Assembly: GCA_012295275.1 (NCBI GenBank)
Contig: CM022665.1
Span: 18,724,001 to 18,788,000, forward strand
Length of the DNA stretch: 64,000 nt
Source of the DNA: Chrysomallon squamiferum
Taxonomy: Eukaryota; Animalia; Mollusca
Reading direction: 5' to 3'
Shown: positions 54,519 to 64,000 of the stretch, in pieces
How the letters are laid out: each line of letters starts with the position of its first letter
Position numbering within the stretch: the first letter of the stretch is position 1
The notes under the pieces: model-generated
The model's input: the letters and a program-made list of their open reading frames with translations, nothing else
Databases searched by the model: none
Told to the model about the DNA's origin: nothing
Program-made: the position numbers and the translations under genes

Positions 54519-56823
54519 CATATCACACACACATATACACACATCAGTTCAATATTGGACAAAACTTTCAAGTGATATCAAAGGTTATGTCGACAACGAG
54601 ACTTGCTCCTCAGTTCCCAGATGGAAGCGTGTAAAAAACAAAAATAAAATTAAAAAGATTACCCCTTCCTAACCTACATGTATGTCCACTAACAACGGTT
54701 CTGTCTCGACAGCCGCTGAAACTGGTGAAATTTAAACACTCATAAATCTATTCTTTTTCACCTCCTAGATCAACAACCTGTTAACACATAACCGTAAGAA
54801 AGTGGTGAAATAGAAGATCTGCTGACAGGCTTTTAAAAGGATAAATGAACTGACGAATTAAGGCTGTATTGTAATTGTAGTTTTCAAGATCTTATACCGA
54901 GTTTGTAATAAATCCTTCTATCCAGAGATCATAACAGTCACCATTTGCAAATCGTCACTGTTTATGGTTTTAGAAAGAAAGAAAGAAAGAAAAAAAATTG
55001 TCTTCCCTCCGAAACTAGCCCGATGGTTTTGAAGACGATACTCAAAAGTGAACGTGTGGATTGAAATTTAACGTAAATTACTCAAAACAGGTTTCTACAT
55101 AGTGTATTGTAAAGTGTTTTGATTTTCAATGACTTACTCTGGTTTCAAGTGATTGATATGACTGTAAGTGAATCAACACAGCGGTATTGAAACATGTTTG
55201 GAAGATCAAACAGCTTTTTTTAATTCTTGTTTTTGTCTCAGGCAGCTAAGGTTTTAGTTTGTTGAAGAAGGCCAGACAACTACATCATGTAGATGTTATT
55301 TCGTTAAGTCGTAAATGTTTTGCTAATAAGTTGCAAAGACATAATTAATCTCTTCGTTTTGTTTTATTATCTTAAATATTAAGACACGAACTGAGAAATG
55401 ATATTTCGTATAATGGTTTAAGCTGATATAACAATACCTTTTGCTGATCAGAACTTGAGTTGACCGACTTTTTTTCTGTATATGCATGACTTAAAAATTT
55501 AAGAAAATATATATTTAGAATGTTTGTTAGACAAAATTCACTTTGATCACACTGAACATTTTCAGACTAAATATTATTTAAATGGCTTCAAACAAGTCTT
55601 CAGTCTCCTGCTTGAAATAATGCTTCCCGTAAAAACCACTAATTTCACTTTTCTAGATCATTTTATTTCTGTTTATCCATTTATTCTGGCAAAGACGAAC
55701 AAAATTAAATTTTATCTGATAATTTCGGCTACTAAATGACATAACGTTTTAATATTCATATTTACCCCAGACAGTCGCTGTATATACATTTATTCTTCAT
55801 TTACAGTCAAGTAATTCGTCACTTTAACTTGACAGGACAGGCCACTGATAAATTTAATACGCTGTGTCAAAATGACCTTTGTAACATTCCAAAATCCATT
55901 CATAAATCCATTTATATTTCGGGGTTTTTTGTTGTTGTTGTTGTTTTTTTCTCTCTTCTTCGTCTTATATTCCATCAGTTTATAGTTGATCGTCGCTTCA
56001 GAAAGCAATTTTTCTTTTGAACGGAAATGAGTCGATAATAGCTTTTTATGTTCTAATACGTTAGTTAATAAAGCCTGCACAACAGTTCTGAGTTCTCCTC
56101 TCAAAAAAGTCCCAAATAGTACTCCCACCTCCATATCCGGTAGAAAAGAAAAAGTAAACAAACAGGTTTTCAAAGGACAAACCGGATGTTGTAATTTTAC
56201 CAAAAAAAAAAAAAAAAAAAAAAAAATAAAAAATTAAATTTTTAAAATAAAAATTATCTTTCTTAGTTTAATATAATTTTTATTATTTTTAAAAATTATT
56301 ATTGTTTCTTTACTTTAAATTGTATTTCCAGTCTAAATGGGGAAAAATAAAAAATAAAAAAAATGAGACAATAAAATTTGTTTAATAAATATAAAGTATT
56401 ATAAAATATCTTTTGCATGATTTTGTGAAGAAAAAAAATATTCTTTCATTTATTTATTTATTAAAAAATGTTCTTATTTAAATAAATAGACAAAATGAAA
56501 GTTAAAATAACAGAAGGAAAAACAAGATAATGTATATGATTGCAAGACTGATTTCAAAATTTTGTCCTTAGCTGCCCGTCAAAGAATTCTAATTTTTTTT
56601 TTCTCTCTTAAAAACCATTAAAATAATGTACTTGCAGAATATATAGTCAGATTATACACAGATACGTTTTGAAGATTAGTGTTCTGGTTTTGTATGAAAT
56701 ATTTCATCTCACAAATCATTTTTCTAATAACAAAGTTATTTAATTGATCATGTCTGGGATGACTGTGATTTCTATAAACTACACAGAAGTTAGAAGTCTG
56801 TTAATACTGTAAGTTGTGAGGTT

Positions 56824-56824
<1 letters not shown>

Positions 56825-56866
<42 letters not shown>

Positions 56867-57080
56867 CTTTTGCGATACCACTAGAACGCAAAAGGAGGTC
56901 AAATATTTGTTTCGTCTCTTTCAAACATAGTCGGAAAGCAGTTTTGTTTTTCAGTTGACAGTAAGAGCTTTTATGTATGTCTTTCTACTGACAGGAAAAC
57001 ACATACGGCGACTTTTGATAACCAAACGCATTCTTGAACTGGAAATATCCCACTAAGGAGGAAGATCCCTCGAACCATTA
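56825..57080 (-). mobile_element. Degenerate SINE relic with Nin/Deu-like central domain and poly(A) tail
   Basis: Minus strand reads ...ggttatcaaaagtcgccgtatgtgttttcctgtcagtagaaagacatacataaaagctcttactg...ttctagtggtatcgcaaaag(a)n, resembling the Nin domain as I recall it (ggtatgtgctatcctgtctgtgggatggtgcatataaaagatcccttgct); the T-run at 56825-56866 sits where a tail is expected. Confidence 0.5.
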
Positions 57081-57439
57081 TAATTTAAATAGAAATCAAA
57101 GATTAAACGAGTGATATGCAATCGAAGTATGAAAGAGGTAGGTGAACATCAGCCAGAGTATGACAATAAAAAATAAATATTTTTTATTTATTAAACTGTT
57201 TAAGACACGGCCTTTCACGATGACAGTATAGCACGTAGTATTTGATATGAAGAAAATGTACTAGGTACAGAGCAGACTGTATCAGTTATGATATCCACTT
57301 TGACTCCTTTTCACTGATCAGATAATCTAGACGTTAATCTAAATGAATAACCTAGTATTGCCGCAATAAAATGAAGGAAAGCATTCTTACAATATCATCC
57401 AACATTTATTCATACCTAAAAATACTGCACTGAATAAAA

Positions 57440-57530
57440 CCAGCACTAAGATAAATAGCCGCCATCTTCAAATTGAAGTCCGGGTCATCATCGTAAACCC
57501 TTAGATGGAGTTTCCGTGACTCGAGCCATT
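57440..57530 (-). promoter_or_regulatory. Promoter-like site with a consensus YY1 motif
   Basis: GCCGCCATCTT at 57458-57468 (AAGATGGCGGC on minus) with local CpG cluster and TGACCCGGA / CACGGAAA motifs just upstream on the minus strand. Confidence 0.4.
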
Positions 57531-59881
57531 TATGTGCAATGCATGCTGTTTTCAGTGTCCTCAAATGAGACCATAAAAGTAGTGGCACTACGACTAGGTG
57601 ATTGATGGAGAGGATGTGTGTCTTTGATGGTACGAGTATAAAAAAAATAGTTGTTACATTCTACTTTGTTATTCAGATATGTGTTTTACTTTTATAACTC
57701 GCTACTCTGAGCTGGCTAAACTAAGCAAGAGTGTAAATCAGAGATCTTTATCTCGTAAACGACTCCCAGCATTAGGAACAAGGATTACCGGGTGCGACTC
57801 CCGACTAATGGTTTTAGCTATAATAATCTACTCAAGTTAGTAATAAAGAATGGGCTAATGAGTTTGCAGGTTTGAGGTTAATTTTCTCTTCTGAATGGAG
57901 TAACTGGCTGTTTCTGATATATGTACAGAGTGAACGTGCTTTAACTTTCAGTGCGAGCACATAAATAAAGTTAGTTGAACCATATTCTTACTTAATCGTT
58001 TTCGTTCTTTGTTTTCGTTTTTGTTTTTCCTTTTTCGTCTTCATCTTTTTCTTTCTTTCTTCAATGTCTTCCTTCTGTGTTTCTTTCACCTTATTTTAAA
58101 TTCTTATGAACTTCGTTGCAAGCAGATACTCACCTAGTTCACTTAAACTGTTTCGATACGAGAATACGATACTAAGCAGCACAAGTTTAGAATTTAATAG
58201 TATGACGATGAATACTAGCAATCTGACACATTTTTTATAGGATACCTGAATTTCAAATAATTATCAATGGTCATCTGATTCCTAATCAGTGTGTATTACA
58301 GATTATTTCGAGTCAGACACAATGTATATTATTTAATACTAAGTAATAGAGTATATGTAACATTATATCTCTCAGTAACACAGTTAGGCTACATATTATA
58401 TCACCCTGTAATCGTCTAATACCATGGACATTACATGTTAGGTTACTGGGCACTACAGTGTACATTACATATTAGTTACCCAGTAATAACATGTATATGT
58501 ATAATATTACATGTACATGTAATGTATATGTATATTTGTAATATATATAACATTACGTAGATACACATGTTCATGTTCATGGATACGGATATGTATTAAA
58601 TCAACTTAGATGGCTGCCATTTCAAATTTTAGGAAGTTAACACACACAAACAAACACACACACACATACACATACATACATATTGTTTTTATAGTATCTC
58701 TCTATCATAGTGGATAAAGGTTACATATTTTACTTCCTCAAGACAGTTAAACTATTCAGAGAGGGGCATGGGAAATTGATCTAACCAGCGTCTAAAACGA
58801 AATATGCATAATGACGTCTGTGTTCTTCAGAAAAACGTCTAAAATGAACTATACATGCTGTTGACTTTTACGTCGAGGGTAGGGGAAGGGTGTGAGGAAT
58901 GACACAGACTGCGGAAGAAATTAAAAATTGCGCTGACTTTTACGTCATAGGGGAGAGGTGCATGCTACTTCTGTGCAAGAAACTCGACTTTTGATTCCAT
59001 TGATATTCTATCATTCACGGTTATTACATTAGTTAGTGCGCAGCCGTTGACAGATGTGTCAAGGGCCACGTACAGTTAAATAAACAGTGGTGAACAGAAT
59101 GGCTTTAGACCTCGGGGAGTGAAGGCTGCGTCTTCTGAAGGCCTTCTCCAGTACTCCTCTCAACAACAACGCTATCATTCATATAAATGTCCTCCAGAAA
59201 TGATTACCGAAGATGGTAACCGTGATACTGTTAATGTATGAAACAATTTGTTTTCTTTCTTTCCCCGTAGATTCTGAAGAGTTCAAAACTATATTTAATA
59301 ATAAAATTTCTTCTTTTGTTTTTCTTTTTTTTTTAATTAAACAGCTGACTTTCGGGACTATTATTATTATTATTATTATTATTCGTCCTGAATAATAATA
59401 ACACTACCAAGCCGTTTAAAATGACGCTAACAAAGGAAGAAGTCTTTGAAAAAGTCTATAAATTTTAATGATCTGGTGAAGTGATTAGATTCAGTGCGTG
59501 TAAATACAAATGCGTAAGTCATTATACTGTCAACAGTATCACAAAATTCAAATTCATCAATTCTACATTTGTTATCAGGCCATATCTAACTGTTACCACT
59601 ATTACTACTACCATCAATACAACCACTACCACCACCACCAGAACCACCACTACTAATATTTCTACAACTTTTATCGTTATTACTGATGTTATTGTTGCGG
59701 TATTTGTTATAAGGTATTGCCACTGACACCATCAACATTATCAATATTACCGTTGTTGTTACTCTTCTTGGTTGGCTGTTTCAAAATTTATTTTAAGGTA
59801 TTATCATCGTCGTTGTCTTAATCATCATTATTACTACTGTTTCTGTTATTATTTATTGTTGTTGTTGTTGTTGTTGGTCTT

Positions 59882-59912
<31 letters not shown>

Positions 59913-61345
59913 TTATTATTATTGTTGTTATTATTATATAAAACCGGTATAAACTGACATCCATTATGTGAGTGTTAAAACAGAGTTCTAGAAGTACGTG
60001 TTTATTGATTTGTTATTACTTAATGTGTAGCTGATACATAAACACACTGGTTCACTCATCCAGACACTGTAGATATAATGTCGACCTGATCTCTAAACTT
60101 CAGTAATATAACAAGAACGAATAAATGTTGAATGCATTTTCTGTAGGTAATCAATCAAACGTATACTTTAACAAGGTGATAAAAAGCGCTCACAGATGTT
60201 CCAAAGGTCGTATTACTTAGAAAATGGTAGATTTTAAATACATCATTAAAATACACATTAATTTCGAACAAATGGTACTTAATTTTAATGATTTAAATAA
60301 CATTTATTTCAGATAAAGTTTGTATAGCGTTAATGATTTTTAAGCGTACTGTCAAACCAGGGTTAAACAGACGCCAAAATCAGTATAAAAAGGTCTTTTA
60401 GGACACATAACTGCTCCAGAGCGATTAATTTAGAGTATATTACATGAATGAGACAATACAAATATGGTATAATATTACAGGTGACAGATTTGTTTGGCTG
60501 TACATGTATTTATCTGTCTAACTTAATTAATTTCGTTTTGCACACACATTCACAAACTTGATATGTATATATTTACTATAAGCATATGTGAGTGTGTGTG
60601 CATATGCGTGTCCTTGATTACATGTTACCTACTTCAACTTTTACTACAACTATTACATCTACTACTACTAGAATTTTATACTATTACTGTTACGACTTTT
60701 ACTACTACTACTACAACTACTGCTACTGCTACTACTACCACCACTACTAAGACGCTTCCTTTAAAAACAATTACTACTACAGTTAGCACTATATAACAAT
60801 AACAACAATAATTACTGTTACTACATTTACCATTATTTCTGCTAATTTTACTATAATGCCATTTTAATCGATTTCTAAACCATCCAGATTTTTAGTGTCG
60901 ACGAGAGGAACGAAAATATGACAAGAATATTTCCGGCGCAATGGTTTATTTCCTTTGCTATTACCCTATAATTATGATTCAATCATCAACAGTAAAATTG
61001 GACCAGTGCGGGTCCACGGGTGGGCGTTGCTCTTGTGATTACTAATGGTAACATTCAGGAAATCAGGAACAGACTGATCGGTAGAACAAAGATGATATTT
61101 ACTGGACATGTCGTTGGCAAAGTGGCCAAGGGCTACCGGAATAAACAGCGCTGAATGTTGGGTGTAATTGTATTTGCTCATTAACGCGACCGGGCCACCT
61201 GTGTTAGACTCGTTATATCCAACAAGAAAGACTATGCTGGACATTTGTTATTTAGACTTTGTAATTGATATATGAACCTAGGTACCACACGCAGTGTTAG
61301 CTTCATTGTTTGCTTTCTTGTATGTCCTTGAATGTCAGTTTCATG

Positions 61346-61346
<1 letters not shown>

Positions 61347-61410
<64 letters not shown>
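61347..61410. repeat. (CT)n microsatellite; another at 48725-48769
   Basis: Direct inspection. Confidence 0.95.
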
Positions 61411-61415
<5 letters not shown>

Positions 61416-62629
61416 AAAATTATATGTTAAAAACTAAAAATTAATAGCTTGTGTCTAATGTTTGAGAGTTAGTTCAAAAGCTTAGCGATATCGAACATTA
61501 CTCTGGTGTTAGCAATAAAATTAATAATTATTGTAATAAGTTAATAAAAATTAACAACACAGTTGAAAAAATTACTGTTCAGATTTCCACAAAAATGATA
61601 ACACAAACCTACTGTTAAAATAACTAATGCATATTTCTTATCAAGGAAACAACTTCCGAATATAGGAAATGCTTAATTCCTTTTAATATTAGTAATACTG
61701 TTACAACTACTACTCCTGTTTTCATACTACTTTTGCTACTGTCACTTTTCAACTACTTTTACAACTACTACTTATGCTGCTACTAGTACTTCTAGTATTA
61801 CTACTACTACTTTTGCTACCAGTTCCATTGTTGCGCCTTTCTATTAAAGCTCTTGCTTTTCTGATTATTATTAGTACTAATATTATTTTTACTAGTACAA
61901 GCAATACTAGTAGTAGTGATAATTTTACCACCAACATTACTTTTACTACTACTACTACTACTAGTACTACGTCTACTACTACCACTACTAATAATAATTA
62001 ATTAATTAATTATCGGAAAAGAAAAAGCAATTACAAAGCACGAAAAGCTAATAGCTGCATATATTAACAGCTGATACAAAATCATATTTTTAATGTAATT
62101 AATATGTCAGAACTTTTAGGAAGTTCAATAATTTATTTATTTTTAAAAATCGGGATAAATATTTATTTTTTTATGGTTTTTTTATTTTTTACATTATGCA
62201 TTAATTTATTTAGTCATTAAGCTATCGAAAATGATTAAAATCGCACCTTTGACCTAACTGACTAAACGCGTTATTCTCCAGAGTCTTCGATCACCTGTAA
62301 ACATTATGCATACCATTAATAAATAATTCTGTCTCGAAAGGAGATGAACAATAAATCTCTTCAGACCGAGCAGAGAAGTCTATAAACGATATCCGATTGC
62401 ATGCAGTCAGGAAAAATAAAAGTCTAATTTATTGAAACCGTGTCTGTCATTGTTAACGTGACAACAAACTGAACTTTTCACCTCTTTACAAAACTGCTGA
62501 CCATGGAACATGTAACTAGAAGACGTGTCTTGCAATAAAATGTCGTAGTAACAAGTTGTAGTGGTCCCAGCCCTTTGTCACCAGAAAACAGACCCTGTCG
62601 AACGAAAAGGATTCTAAAGAATGCGACGT

Positions 62630-63320
62630 GATCAGTGTGATGGTCGTAAAGATAATGATAATTATTATGATGGAAATAACGGTGGTGATAATGATCGTCT
62701 TAACGATAACAGTGATGCTGATATTTCTATTGATGATTGTGATGATGATAATGATGATGATCGTCTGTCTACATGATAATCACACTGATAATGATTTTGA
62801 TAAGCATGTTGATAATGATTTTGATAAGCATGCTGATAATGATTGTGGTAACCACGATGATAATGATTATGACGCATATGATTATCGCCTATAGGGGAAT
62901 TACAATGGTATTATTGAAACTGATGATTGTGATAATGATCGTCAATATGGAATGATTATATTGATACTTATGATATCAATTTTTATCATGTTGAATATTA
63001 CTGTCTCTGACGTAACTATGATATTGATGTTCGTACTTGATATGATATTTCTGAAATTTCTTTAAACTGCTGTAGAAACGTTTTAACAATATCCTGGCGA
63101 AAACCGAAGCTAACTTTGAATTAACTATAGCACTGGTAATATAAACGTATCTAAAGGCGATAGTACTGTCAACGTTACTGCGTTGCTGATGGTTGTGTTA
63201 GTGATAATGCTGACGTCAGTAATGATAATTGTCTCTGTGGTAAAAGTAATGCTCTCGTTTCTGACATTTATTGTGCCTGTGGCAATGATGTAAGTGTCTG
63301 TGGTAAAAGTGATGATAACA
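62630..63320. repeat. Degenerate (GAT/AAT)n tract with an internal 24-bp duplication (tgataatgattttgataagcatg[t/c])
   Basis: Direct inspection. Confidence 0.85.
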
Positions 63321-64000
63321 TTGTTGAACTTTGACTCATAAACCATTTTTAACCCCGTCGTAAGAATGTTTTTGTCTTGTTTCGTTTTTTCAATCAAAAG
63401 GTTGAAAATACAATATGTTTTTAAACCCACGTATGTAGATTTTTAAAAATTCTTCACATTCTGAGCATTTGTTAATTCAAGTGTGAAAAAAAAAAAAAAA
63501 ACGTTTATGAAAATCAGATGTCTGAAAATATAACATTTCTCTTTTTAGCCCAAGCACAGTGTCTGGTTTGTTTGTTTATTTTTTTTTTTTTTTTTTTTTT
63601 TTTTTCAACTTTCAATAGTTACACAAAGATTCTAGGCTTGTGAAGCCATTAAGTTTGAAAAGGGTTAAATTTTATGTTGAGTCTAGACGTTAAAGTTTTT
63701 AAAAAAACCCTGATGCTAGGTCTGCATTCAGGATTTGTAAATCTCTTTTATTTATTTTTAATGGCCTCTGAACCTGAATAACCTTCTTCTTGCCTTTTCT
63801 TTCTTTCTTTCTTCTTCTTCTTCTTCTTCTTCTTTTTTTTTTTTTTTTATTTATTTATTTTTTTTTTTTTTTTTTCTCACTGGAATGGGTTTCTGGTCCT
63901 GTTGCACGTCTTCATTATAAAACTCCATTTCTCTTTGTGGCACTGTGCACAACAGTGAAACATTGTTTGACTTGAAAGTTTTGCGTCTCTTGGGAGTCCG

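Noticed and set aside
55790-56203. Longest ORF (137 aa, minus strand) as second exon of the 57465 ATG
   Set aside because: The pyrimidine tract ends in CTACCGG rather than YAG, the ORF runs through an (AAC)n tract, and no domain is recognisable.
559-63975. Most ORFs in the supplied track (poly-F/L/N/T/V/S, CVCV, HTHT, ERER)
   Set aside because: They are translations of microsatellites and homopolymer runs that lack stops for compositional reasons; no splice or codon support.

Overview
Animal genomic DNA, roughly 30% GC by eye and rich in microsatellites; probably a mollusc, judged from recalled repeat families and the mosaic CpG pattern (inference). I see no prokaryotic operons, rRNA, tRNA or CRISPR, and almost all supplied ORFs are simple-repeat artefacts. 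The window has two domains. (1) ~1-47.8 kb is strongly CpG-depleted and looks like the methylated 3' part of one large + strand gene. It has a clear 63-nt internal exon (2014-2076), then ~42 kb of mostly intronic DNA holding candidate alternative last exons (best: 36315-36437, 44414-44470; weaker: 43290-43435, 34558/61, 37368/84) and candidate frame-shifting microexons. I could not identify the protein. (2) ~48-64 kb retains CpG and holds two promoter-like motif clusters (~48.2 kb, ~57.5 kb), a ~165-bp near-identical direct repeat, a SINE relic and many trinucleotide tracts. A 285-bp foldback, a MULE transposase relic and a 35/31-bp minisatellite also occur. The most interesting hypothesis is a combinatorial C-terminus switching system; it rests on splice signals read by eye and needs RNA-seq.
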